Part shown: positions 18,020-26,779 of the stretch, in pieces
How positions within the stretch are numbered: the stretch's first letter is position 1
Layout: every line of letters starts with the position of its first letter
Virus genome (UHGV): UHGV-1376660
DNA length: 64,000 nucleotides
Reading direction: 5' to 3' (one strand)
Origin: a virus
Program-made: the position numbers and the translations under genes
Notes under the pieces: generated by a model
Seen by the model: only the letters and a program-made list of their open reading frames with translations
The model's database searches: none
What the model was told of the DNA's origin: nothing

Positions 18020-18510
18020 ACTTACTTCCCAGAACAGGTTTTAATAAAACCTGAACTGAACGAACGAAGTGAGTGAAGTTCACCTCGAACGAAGTGAGAG
18101 GTTGTCTTTTCAGGTAATACTCTCCCAGGGAGGTGAGTACAAAATTTCCTCACCAACCTGGTCGTTACATAACCTGAAAAGTTATGACCTAAGTCTACTG
18201 CCAGCTTAGGCTTGGGAAGTTATGGATGACAGCACCCCAGAACCGAGATCTTCCCACACTTTATGAAGGGGAGTACTGGATTCAACCTCTCGAAACACTC
18301 CAGACTCGACAATCATAAAGTGACCCTTCTCTCTGCCCACTTTGGTTCCCCCTTCCCCAACCCCTAAACGGTGCCGGTTCTACGCTGGTAGTGAGCTTTT
18401 TAAACCTGACGCCAGTGACGCTATCCCCCACCCATCAGGTCGAGCTGCCGGAATCAATCCGGAAAGCGGGTAGATTTTATCACTGGCGATCTGCGTTTTA
18501 AATGGTAAGT
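18020..18510. other. roughly 490 bp region with no ORF on either strand; internal direct repeats and a palindrome
   Basis: No ORF of 60 aa or more on either strand. CGAACGAAGTGAG appears twice (18061 and 18086) around the palindrome GTGAAGTTCAC (18073-18083). A class 2 element at 18499-18525 bounds the region. Confidence 0.4.
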
Positions 18511-18519
18511 ACTTACCGA

Positions 18520-18750
18520 TTATTTTGATTGATTATTTTCTCGACCATGAAGCTGGACGTTCAGGGCAAACACCTCATTGATGAGTTCCCCTAACAGCTG
18601 CTCCACCAGCTCTTTGTGCTCGCCTGAATGAAGACATTTGAGCGACCATTCGTAGAGACTGAAAGCCTTATCGCGATCTTTCATCATGTCGCGCACTTTG
18701 GCCAGAAAATCGCTCTCAACGAGCGCTACGACGTTCGTCGGGTATACCAT
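18520..18750 (-). CDS. hypothetical protein (76 aa)
   Basis: ATG at 18750 with an AAGGAAA RBS. Confidence 0.5.
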   Translation of the reverse strand: MVYPTNVVALVESDFLAKVRDMMKDRDKAFSLYEWSLKCLHSGEHKELVEQLLGELINEVFALNVQLHGRENNQSK

Positions 18751-18952
18751 GATAGTTTTCCTTACTGTGGTTCATAAAATCGATTCTAAAGCGTCTGAAG
18801 AGGGGTTCCAGTGGGTTCTGGAGGTGTAAAACGGTCTGGGAGTTGTTTGGAAATCACGTCTTAAAAAGCCTGCGTCTGTATATATTAATAATTAGTACTT
18901 AGTTATTTATATATACGGAAGCAGGTTCTCAAACTAACTCCCAGACTGGTGT

Positions 18953-19546
18953 TTACGCTGCCTTTTTACGTGGTCTCTTCTTCCTGACAACATTGGCAGG
19001 ATCATAACCACCCAGCTTTTTCATCACCGCCAGCGGTATCTTGCTGATGGTGTGCCCAGCTTCCTGACAGTAGCCACGGAAGATAAGCAACATGCTGCCA
19101 CCAGGGTTGATGTTCACCTCCACCAGCCCAAGTTCAACATCTGGCTCAACGAACGCCACGCGGCCGCCAGACAAGATGACGGTTTCGTTGGCGCATTCAG
19201 CCGCACGCTCGTACCACTGCGTATCGAGGGATTGTGGTATCAACATGACCGTCGTCACTCCACGCGCCTGCTCGCGGATGGCTGCGTCTATCCAGGGGGT
19301 GATTTTGGAGTAGGGCGGGTTAAGGAACGCCACAGTGCCAGGTTCTCCCCAGCTGCACTTGAGCGCATCACGCTCAACACCGATAAAGTTCGGCAGGAGA
19401 GCGTTATCTTTGTTGCAGGCGACGTCCACATCGAACTTTACGCCTATGTAACGTTGGATGGCGACAAACAACCACTGCGGTGTGCGCCAAAGGTCGCGAA
19501 GAGAGGCATCACGCTCTCGCTTTTTGATTTTTTCGGCTGCGATCAT
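18953..19546 (-). CDS. DNA N6-adenine methyltransferase (phage Dam-like family, NPPY motif)
   Basis: FLNPPYSKITPWIDAAI motif. ATG at 19546, with a class 2 palindrome 11 bp upstream. Confidence 0.65.
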   Translation of the reverse strand: MIAAEKIKKRERDASLRDLWRTPQWLFVAIQRYIGVKFDVDVACNKDNALLPNFIGVERDALKCSWGEPGTVAFLNPPYSKITPWIDAAIREQARGVTTVMLIPQSLDTQWYERAAECANETVILSGGRVAFVEPDVELGLVEVNINPGGSMLLIFRGYCQEAGHTISKIPLAVMKKLGGYDPANVVRKKRPRKKAA

Positions 19547-19556
19547 TATTTTGCTC

Positions 19557-19583
19557 TGATAGGTAAATACTTACCTATTTTTT
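19557..19583. promoter_or_regulatory. class 2 palindrome (TGATAGGTAAATACTTACCTAT) 11 bp upstream of the Dam-like MTase start
   Basis: Member of the class 2 family. Confidence 0.55.
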
Positions 19584-19731
19584 CATTTAATCCAACGGAT
19601 AGCAAACAAAGAAGAACGCGCCAGATTCGCAAACGGGAAGCTCTCTGGCGCGTTTTATCGATGCTGGGTATGCAATTAGCTTACCCAGCGTCCTAAAGCT
19701 CTCAGGGGGCTTTAGATCGGGTAGGGGAACA

Positions 19732-20574
19732 TCATCCAATGGAATACTCCGCTATGAATTTTTTGACGATCGGCGACTCTTTATTAAGGCTTAGATTTCC
19801 ACCTTCCCTGGTGGCAATGCCAGTAGCTGGAAACACAGCCATCATCTGGCCAGCCTGAGTCGAAGCGGTGTTGAGCGGATATGGTTTCTCCGGGTTGCTC
19901 ATTAGCGCCAGTTTAATGCTATTGCTGGTCGCCGTGTTTGCGTCAAGGATATGGCGCATTGCGATTACCGTGTAGACGCTGATTTCCGGCCCACCACTAA
20001 ACCAGTTCAAAAGGTTTAAGATCTTGTCTTTCGCTTTGACTGGCGCCCCTTCGAATGCGGCAGTAAAGCTCTCACTTTCCAGACCGGCTGTCGCATAGAA
20101 CGATTCGTCCTTACCTTCCAGCGTGAAGCGAGGTTTGGCAGGGGTACGCTCTGATTTTGCCTTCTGGCGTTTTGGCTGCTCTTCTTCAGGTTTAGGCTCT
20201 GACGCCACTGAAGGTAAAGGGGTTGGATCTGTACCGGTAGTCTCAGTACTTCGAGCGTCAAGTTCAGGCGCTGGCTCGTTCACTATCTCCGCAACAAGGT
20301 CACGCTCTGGTTCCTCGACCTTCACCGATTCGTGCTCAATCTCAAGCTCTTCCAGAACGCTACTCAGATCGCCGGTAGAGCTGGCATTCATGACTTCATC
20401 CGCCACCGCCTCGACTGGTTTTGCGATTGCATCATCCAGACCAGAGAGAAGATCGTCGATCTCGTCGACGCCGCTCATTTTCGCAGCTTTCTGCACTGGT
20501 TCGTCGAGAGATTGCAACATTGCAGTCAGTTCGTCCAGGTCATCGTTTTTAACAGTGTTTGTAACTGCGCTCAT
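19732..20574 (-). CDS. highly acidic protein (280 aa), function unknown
   Basis: ATG at 20574 with an AAGGAG RBS; D/E-rich N-terminal two thirds. Confidence 0.55.
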   Translation of the reverse strand: MSAVTNTVKNDDLDELTAMLQSLDEPVQKAAKMSGVDEIDDLLSGLDDAIAKPVEAVADEVMNASSTGDLSSVLEELEIEHESVKVEEPERDLVAEIVNEPAPELDARSTETTGTDPTPLPSVASEPKPEEEQPKRQKAKSERTPAKPRFTLEGKDESFYATAGLESESFTAAFEGAPVKAKDKILNLLNWFSGGPEISVYTVIAMRHILDANTATSNSIKLALMSNPEKPYPLNTASTQAGQMMAVFPATGIATREGGNLSLNKESPIVKKFIAEYSIG

Positions 20575-20702
20575 TTTTAACTCCTTATGTTTTCGTTGGT
20601 GCGTTTCCGCGTTTTGGTTGAGCGTATTCTGGCAAAACCTATCAGGCGGAAAAGTCATAATTACAGGCAGTTAGAAGAACTGAAGGCAAAGAAAAAGCGC
20701 CA

Positions 20703-21260
20703 TCAGGCGCTTTCGAATGGGAGTTTGAAGAAGCCGTATTTCTCTCGGGCTTTGAAGAAACACTGCATCATCAGGTCAGTATCGTAGAGAGCGCTGTGGG
20801 CCTTCTCACGGTCGTAAGTGAACCCAAGTGAGAACGCCAGCTCTTCCAGGCGTGGGCGCTTCCCATCCTCGGTAGCCCACAAGCCATCCAGCATGGAGTC
20901 AACCAGAGGGATATCTGGCAATTTCACCCCATAGCTACCGAACTCGTGGCGAATGAACGGAAGGTCAAAAGCCTCTCCGTTATGGGCGACTAACGCGCTA
21001 CATGCGCCCATGTACGCAGCAATCTTGCCTGCGTGGTCAGCCAGTAGCGGTTCCGTCGCCAGATCTTCCAGTGAAATGCCATGCACTGCCTGCGCCTTCG
21101 GATCGATACTGCGACGCGGGTTGAAGCGCATCTCAAGGCTGTCGATGTGCTTCTGGGTTTCCAGTTCATAACGGGTTATCGCGATTTCGATAATTTTGTG
21201 GCCGGATGTGAAGTCCAGCCCTGTGGACTCAATATCGACGCCACCGACAATCGTGGTCAT
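20703..21260 (-). CDS. DnaQ-like 3'-5' exonuclease (DEDDh)
   Basis: VDIESTGLD (Exo I), HNGEAFDLPF (Exo II) and HSALYDTDL (Exo III); AAGGAG RBS. Confidence 0.75.
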   Translation of the reverse strand: MTTIVGGVDIESTGLDFTSGHKIIEIAITRYELETQKHIDSLEMRFNPRRSIDPKAQAVHGISLEDLATEPLLADHAGKIAAYMGACSALVAHNGEAFDLPFIRHEFGSYGVKLPDIPLVDSMLDGLWATEDGKRPRLEELAFSLGFTYDREKAHSALYDTDLMMQCFFKAREKYGFFKLPFESA

Positions 21261-21269
21261 TCGTACTCC

Positions 21270-21689
21270 TTACAGCTTCTTCGCGCCTTTCAGCAGTGCG
21301 CCACGCACAAACTGAGCAGCCTTTTTCAGTGCGTCCTCGCCACTTTCGCAGACGACCGGCTCGCGCCATTCGCCCGTTGATGTGTTGAGGATCTGGATTT
21401 GGTTGGTCTCCAGGCAAACGGACACGTACAGAACCGTACCGCCTGAGAGTTTGAGGTGCATAGGAAACAGAGGGCGCTTGGTGCCGCCATTGAACTGCGA
21501 CATCGCCACATTGATGGCTTCGCCAACCTCTTCCCCAACAAGTCCTTGAACGGACTCAAACACTGCGCGGATAGCCAGACGTGCTTCACGTTCACTCATC
21601 AAAGAGCGGGATTGTTCGTCAGCAATGCGGATCAGTGCTTCAATCGCTTTACGATCTAATTCATCCGAGAGGGGAAGTTCGTCTATCAT
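21270..21689 (-). CDS. hypothetical protein (139 aa)
   Basis: ATG at 21689 with a GAGGAAAA RBS. Confidence 0.5.
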   Translation of the reverse strand: MIDELPLSDELDRKAIEALIRIADEQSRSLMSEREARLAIRAVFESVQGLVGEEVGEAINVAMSQFNGGTKRPLFPMHLKLSGGTVLYVSVCLETNQIQILNTSTGEWREPVVCESGEDALKKAAQFVRGALLKGAKKL

Positions 21690-21752
21690 TCTGTTTTTCC
21701 TCGATTCATTTCGCGTGTCTTATTGTCACACTGCCCAACAGGGGAGCAACAT

Positions 21753-22397
21753 TCAGTGGAAGGTCACTCGTCCTGTTATACGGCGCTCGATGTTTTCAGC
21801 GGCTCTGTCCAGCACTCGCAATACCGATCTGGCTCGCGCTTCAACCGTGCGGCACTTTTCAGAAATAACGAACACCTGCAGATCGCCGGTTTGGGGAAGC
21901 GTGTTGATTTTCGTCAGCTCACCGCACATAAGTGCATCGATGCGAGCAACATAGAGACGGTCAAGCGATCCTCGCTGGGGACGCGCGAGATCTTTGCTGG
22001 AAAGCTCAACGCCCGGGCGAAGACCCGCGATAGCATTGAAGTTGGAAATGGCCGCTTTGTGGCAAAACTGCTCAATGTCGAGAGCCAGCTCGATGCAGCG
22101 GTCTTCGTTGGTCTGGCCGACCAGGTCAAGCGTATAAGCCATGACATCGGCTGGCGTGCGGTCGATAACAAAACCTTCAACGCCGCGGGTGATCATCTCG
22201 ATGTGTCTGGCAATCTCCATCTGAACCTGAAGACGTTCGTAAAGGGGCAAACGCTCGCCAACCTTCACCCCCAGACTGCTCATCAGCTTGCCAACGCCGG
22301 CATCCACATACGGAATGCCATAATGCGCATCGATGTACCTTGCCAGGGTTGTTTTTCCACTGCCCTGTGCGCCAGTGATTCCAATCCGGTAATCCAT
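21753..22397 (-). CDS. P-loop nucleotide/nucleoside kinase (dNMP-kinase-like or NadR-type kinase-like)
   Basis: Walker A motif GITGAQGSGKTTLARYI; coupled TAATG junction with folA. Confidence 0.5.
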   Translation of the reverse strand: MDYRIGITGAQGSGKTTLARYIDAHYGIPYVDAGVGKLMSSLGVKVGERLPLYERLQVQMEIARHIEMITRGVEGFVIDRTPADVMAYTLDLVGQTNEDRCIELALDIEQFCHKAAISNFNAIAGLRPGVELSSKDLARPQRGSLDRLYVARIDALMCGELTKINTLPQTGDLQVFVISEKCRTVEARARSVLRVLDRAAENIERRITGRVTFH

Positions 22398-22873
22398 TAC
22401 GACCTTCTGTATACGATCTGCAAAAAGCCAGGCTCATCCTCATTTGCACGTTGGGTATAAGCCGTTTCGACTGGTACGAACCCTAAAGAACGCATCATTG
22501 GCGCCGGGAAGAACGCATCCGCGCCCGGCACATCCACGCCAATATGCGACAGCCAGATCTCTTCTACGTGTGGCATAAAGAGCGAGTAAATCTGCCCGCC
22601 ACCAATCACCCAGACCGGATCTGGCAGTCTCAAAACGTCATCGATGCCAGCGGGGTAGAACCCATTGGGGATATACCCACGAGAGCGCGTCAAAACGAGG
22701 TTATGGCGCTCTGGCAGCGGGCGCTTGAGACTTTCCATCGTCTTGCGTCCCATCACGACAGTGGCGTTTTTGGTGAGTTGTTTGAACAGTTTCAGATCGG
22801 TCGGGCAACGCCAGGGAAGTTCGTTGCCAATGCCGATTTCATAGTTGCGGCCGACAGCTGCAATCATCTTCAT
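22397..22873 (-). CDS. folA: dihydrofolate reductase
   Basis: MIAAVGRNYEIGIGNELPW...VVMGRKT...VIGGGQIY matches the DHFR signature. Confidence 0.85.
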   Translation of the reverse strand: MKMIAAVGRNYEIGIGNELPWRCPTDLKLFKQLTKNATVVMGRKTMESLKRPLPERHNLVLTRSRGYIPNGFYPAGIDDVLRLPDPVWVIGGGQIYSLFMPHVEEIWLSHIGVDVPGADAFFPAPMMRSLGFVPVETAYTQRANEDEPGFLQIVYRRS

Positions 22874-23283
22874 TGGCTTACCTCATAGATGGTTGGTCGC
22901 TGGTGAGAATCTGCCAGCGCAGAACGCAGACGCGGATCATGAACCAGTGCGGCGATAAGTAAGTCGCCTTTGTGCTCTGCCAGCGTGCGCTTGATATGGG
23001 TTTCAAAACTGACACCGCGCGGAACCAGATGGAGCCAGTCATAATCAATGCCGAAGTCCTTCAGCCAGCGTTTGGTTGGGCCTTCGAGCGCTTCCGGACG
23101 ACTACTGATAAGCACCACTTCAGCACCGGAGCGAGCAAAACCACGCAACATGCGGCTGGTGGGAAAGATGAGTTCATCACCGGCAATGAGAGCGCCTGCA
23201 TCCGCATCAGACACTGCTTTGCGATGGCTGGCTCTCGCCAGCACACCCTCAATTTCACACAACACATACATCCCTCTGGCCAT
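22870..23283 (-). CDS. hypothetical protein (137 aa)
   Basis: ATG at 23283 one nucleotide after the thyA stop (TGATATG); 3' end overlaps the folA start as ATGA. Confidence 0.45.
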   Translation of the reverse strand: MARGMYVLCEIEGVLARASHRKAVSDADAGALIAGDELIFPTSRMLRGFARSGAEVVLISSRPEALEGPTKRWLKDFGIDYDWLHLVPRGVSFETHIKRTLAEHKGDLLIAALVHDPRLRSALADSHQRPTIYEVSQ

Positions 23284-23284
23284 A

Positions 23285-24400
23285 TCACACCGCCACTGGA
23301 ACCTTGATCCACGGAAGAGGTCTGTAGCCGCACACCTGCACACCTTCCCATTTGAAGTCGTCCAGTTCGGCCCATTCATGCGGAAAAATGACAACCGGGT
23401 CGGACTCTTTGGGCGGCTCGCGCTTCATCAGCTCCTCAACGCCTTCCATGTGGTTGTCGTAGAGATGAACGTCAAAGCCAAAATGCACGAATGCGCCAGC
23501 CATGTGGCCGGTGATCTTCGCGAGGAAGTGGGTGAGAATGCCGTAACCGGCGATGTTGAACGGCATACCAACAAAGGTATCGACGCTGCGCTGCACCAGG
23601 CATGAGTTCAGAATGCGTTTCGGGATGCCCAGCTCGTCCAGCATGTTCTCAGTAATGCCGCCATCTCTTTCCAGAAGACACAGCATCTGGGTGTAAATGG
23701 ACTCGTGGCCGTGGCGGTTGTGCTGAATGCCAATGTCGGTGGCCATCGTCAGTCGGGTCTCAAAGTCCAGCTCGCGACTCCACAGTGAAAACACGAAATG
23801 GCATGGCGGCAACTTCATGTCTTCCAGTTCGCCAACATTCCAGGCATTCAGCAGGATGCGACGATCTGTCGGGTTGGTGCGAAGCGTGTGAACGATACGC
23901 TGTAGCTGGTCGATTTCACGGGACAACACAACGCGATCTTCACTTACGCCCAGATACCCCTCGACCTTGTACCCGCGCTCACGGAACGTGTCGATTTTGC
24001 TCAAATACTCGCTATGGCTCACGATGCGGGTATCTTCCCACCGACGCCATTGTTTGCCATAGACCGGGCCTAAATCGCCATTTTCATCAGCCCAGGCATC
24101 CCAGATTTTGACGCCATTGTCTTTCAGGAACTGGATGTTGCCCGTTCCTTTGAGATACCACTCCAGCTCAACCAGTAACGGCTTCAGGTTGACGGCTTTT
24201 CCGGAGATAAGTGGAACAGAGCCGCCCGTTAGCATGTAGTAGGAAGGGACATATGAAACGCTTTTTGTGCCGGTTCCGGTGCGATCACCCGCGTGAACGC
24301 CAGTGTTGAGCACCGTTTCAACCACTTTGGCATACGAACCACTGGCAAACTGACCGTTCGTAAAGTCTCGATTCAGTAGGATAGACAAAATCAACCTCAC
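23285..24400 (-). CDS. thyA: thymidylate synthase (ThyA family) with a roughly 80 aa internal insertion; dUMP/dCMP hydroxymethylase not excluded
   Basis: DRTGTGT, WADENGDLGPVYGKQWRRW, KLPPCH and QRSVDTFVGMPFNIAGYGILTHF motifs. The only in-frame start is GTG at 24400, with no clear RBS. Confidence 0.7.
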   Translation of the reverse strand: MRLILSILLNRDFTNGQFASGSYAKVVETVLNTGVHAGDRTGTGTKSVSYVPSYYMLTGGSVPLISGKAVNLKPLLVELEWYLKGTGNIQFLKDNGVKIWDAWADENGDLGPVYGKQWRRWEDTRIVSHSEYLSKIDTFRERGYKVEGYLGVSEDRVVLSREIDQLQRIVHTLRTNPTDRRILLNAWNVGELEDMKLPPCHFVFSLWSRELDFETRLTMATDIGIQHNRHGHESIYTQMLCLLERDGGITENMLDELGIPKRILNSCLVQRSVDTFVGMPFNIAGYGILTHFLAKITGHMAGAFVHFGFDVHLYDNHMEGVEELMKREPPKESDPVVIFPHEWAELDDFKWEGVQVCGYRPLPWIKVPVAV

Positions 24401-24577
24401 ACAAGATAAGTAAGTACATACATATTATTTTATACAAGTTTATCTGTCAGAAGTGTGTAAGGCTAGGAGGGGAGTAAAAAAAATGGTGGCTCTTAGGCCA
24501 CCATTGCAATGAGCAATTAAGAACTTGGACAATAAAACACGCCCAGGCAATATATAATGATAAGTAGATACTTACAA

Positions 24578-25447
24578 TTATTTTTTTACCATCTCGTAAA
24601 GAGATGAGGTTTTCGCCTTCTCAACAAAGCGAGTCAGATCCACATCGCTGTAGGTTGGGGATTTGAGGATCTTGCCATCAGAAACTCTGAAGCCAATCAT
24701 CATGTCAGTCCCTTCAGCGTGGCGGAAGCCCAGATCTCCCTTGTCGTATTTGCAATTCTCTACCGCCACACGACGCTCTTCGGCGTCAGCCGGCCACAGC
24801 TTGGTCATGTTGGAACGATGGATTTCTGCCACCAGCTCAACAATATCGATACCGAGAAAATCAGCCAGGCGGTAGGTCATCATGCAGGCAACGTAGATTT
24901 TATTCATCACGCGGCGCAGCTCCTGCACCAATTCGGAATCGCTAATCGGCTTCGCTTCGAGTTTGTCAGCCAGCGCATTCAGCATTAATGCAGCTTCTTT
25001 TGCTTCTTCAAACGGGATAGCCATGTCGTCAAAGACCGTGTTGCCTGGAACCATGATGGTGTGGATGAAGCGATCAACACTCTGCTCTTGGGTGTAGTAG
25101 CTCATGCCTGTAGAGATACCGCCTTTGATGGCCACCATTGTGCCGACGCCCACGTAAAGGAAGTCAGCCATCGCATCCAGCAGCGCCGTCATGTCCCCGT
25201 TTTTAGCTGCCGGGATGCCCTCGGTAACAGCTTCTTCGTGGATCAGCTTGGCACGCAGACGCAGTAGTGCAGGATCTGGAATGGCACGGCGTGGGTGCTG
25301 AAACAGTGTGTGGAACTGGTCAACCATCAGGTAGATGCTTTCCGTTGCCTTGCCAAAACCGGGATTCAACTCGTAAGGCTCTGGCTTAAATCCCACGAGT
25401 TTGTCTGCGGCAAGTTTCAGATGATCGGTCAGTTTCGTAAATTTCAT
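24578..25447 (-). CDS. possible MazG/HisE-like all-alpha NTP pyrophosphohydrolase (289 aa)
   Basis: HEEAVTE ... DAMADFLYV resembles the EExxE...ExxD pattern; ATG at 25447 with an AAGGAAAG RBS. Confidence 0.35.
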   Translation of the reverse strand: MKFTKLTDHLKLAADKLVGFKPEPYELNPGFGKATESIYLMVDQFHTLFQHPRRAIPDPALLRLRAKLIHEEAVTEGIPAAKNGDMTALLDAMADFLYVGVGTMVAIKGGISTGMSYYTQEQSVDRFIHTIMVPGNTVFDDMAIPFEEAKEAALMLNALADKLEAKPISDSELVQELRRVMNKIYVACMMTYRLADFLGIDIVELVAEIHRSNMTKLWPADAEERRVAVENCKYDKGDLGFRHAEGTDMMIGFRVSDGKILKSPTYSDVDLTRFVEKAKTSSLYEMVKK

Positions 25448-25529
25448 GTCTTCTTTCTTTCCTTTGGACTTCATTTGATACGTCAATTGTGACCCAGCAG
25501 CGCCAGGCCACAAAGTGGTTAAACTCGGC

Positions 25530-26672
25530 TTAAAGGTCTGCGAACTGGCTCAGGCCGGAGCGATCGACAGCGGAGTCAATCTGGCCAACGAGGTAGTTGC
25601 TTTGTTCAGCTTCCTGCGGAGCGATCTGCAGGGTGTCTGACAGCAGCCATTTATTCATCCATACCAGTGGATCGTCTTTGATTTCCGGGAACAGCGGTCG
25701 CAGCCCAAGACGACGCATTGCCAGGTTGGTGCGGTATTTCACATAGCTTTTGAGGATGTCGGCATTCAAGCCAATCATTGAGCCGTCTTTAAACAGATAG
25801 TCAGCCCAGCGCATTTCCTGCCCGGCCACGTCCATCATGGTCTGATAGATGAAGCTCTCTTCTTCTGCGGCAATCATCTTCCACATCAGACCTTCACGAC
25901 CGGTACGCATAAAGCGGATCATGCGTTCAGTACCTTCGCAATGCAAAGCCTCGTCACGCGCGATAAAGCGCATGATCTTCGTGTTGCCCTCCAGCAGCTT
26001 CCGCTCACCAAAGGCGAACGTACACGCAAAGCTCACGTAGAAGCGAATCGCCTCCAGTGCATTCACCGACACCAGTGTTCGGAACAGCTGGCGCTGGAGA
26101 GGGTAGGGCTTGCCATCAAACTCGCTGACATACAGCCGTTCAAATTCGTCTTCGCCAAGATGCTGGCGAGCGCAGGTCATTTCGTACAGCCTGTCATATT
26201 CGCTTGAGATGCTTACAGCCCGGCTGATGATCTCTTCGTCCGTGACGATGCCGTCGAAAACGATGCTCGGGTCATCCACCATACCGCGGATAATGTGGGT
26301 ATAGCTGCGGCTGTGAATCGTCTCAGAGAACGACCAGGTCTCAACCCATGTCTCCAGCTCAGGAATGGAGATCAGCGGCAGCAGTGTTGCGTTTGGACTG
26401 CGACCCTGAACGGAATCCAACAGCGTCTGGTAACGCAGGTTGCTCAGAAAAATATGGCGTTCGTGCTCTTGCAGCTTGGTATTGAAGTCGATGCGGTCAG
26501 TGGTAATGTCGACTTCTTCAGGGCGCCAGAAGAACGAGAGTTGTTTCTCAATCAGCTTTTCGAAGTCACGGTACTTTTGCTGATCGTAGCGTGCTACGTT
26601 GACAGACTGGCCGAGGAACATAGGTTCCTTCGTTGCGTCGTTAGCGCCCAAACGGAAAGTAGAATAAGTCAT
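25530..26672 (-). CDS. nrdB: ribonucleotide reductase class Ia beta subunit
   Basis: Ferritin-like diiron and tyrosyl-radical motifs ([24 protein letters not shown]); GAGGGAAA RBS. Confidence 0.85.
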   Translation of the reverse strand: MTYSTFRLGANDATKEPMFLGQSVNVARYDQQKYRDFEKLIEKQLSFFWRPEEVDITTDRIDFNTKLQEHERHIFLSNLRYQTLLDSVQGRSPNATLLPLISIPELETWVETWSFSETIHSRSYTHIIRGMVDDPSIVFDGIVTDEEIISRAVSISSEYDRLYEMTCARQHLGEDEFERLYVSEFDGKPYPLQRQLFRTLVSVNALEAIRFYVSFACTFAFGERKLLEGNTKIMRFIARDEALHCEGTERMIRFMRTGREGLMWKMIAAEEESFIYQTMMDVAGQEMRWADYLFKDGSMIGLNADILKSYVKYRTNLAMRRLGLRPLFPEIKDDPLVWMNKWLLSDTLQIAPQEAEQSNYLVGQIDSAVDRSGLSQFADL

Positions 26673-26761
26673 GTGTTTCCCTCTGAATGTTATCGAGTGG
26701 CTTTAAACAAATTGTTATCTTATTGGTTTAAACAAGGTGCTCAACTCAATGAAAAGGTGGG

Positions 26762-26777
26762 GATTTCTCCCCACGCT
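26762..26777 (-). terminator. hairpin TGGGGATTTCTCCCCA followed by a T-run on the minus strand
   Basis: Lies 3 bp after the nrdA stop and before the class 1 motif at 26705-26737 upstream of nrdB. Confidence 0.5.
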
Positions 26778-26779
26778 CA

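Noticed and set aside
18020-18510. tRNA genes in ORF-free regions (also 35112-35855, 36912-37515, 59480-60070, 63325-64000)
   Set aside because: No cloverleaf-compatible segments with GTTC-type T-arms were found by eye. A tRNAscan run would be needed to be certain.
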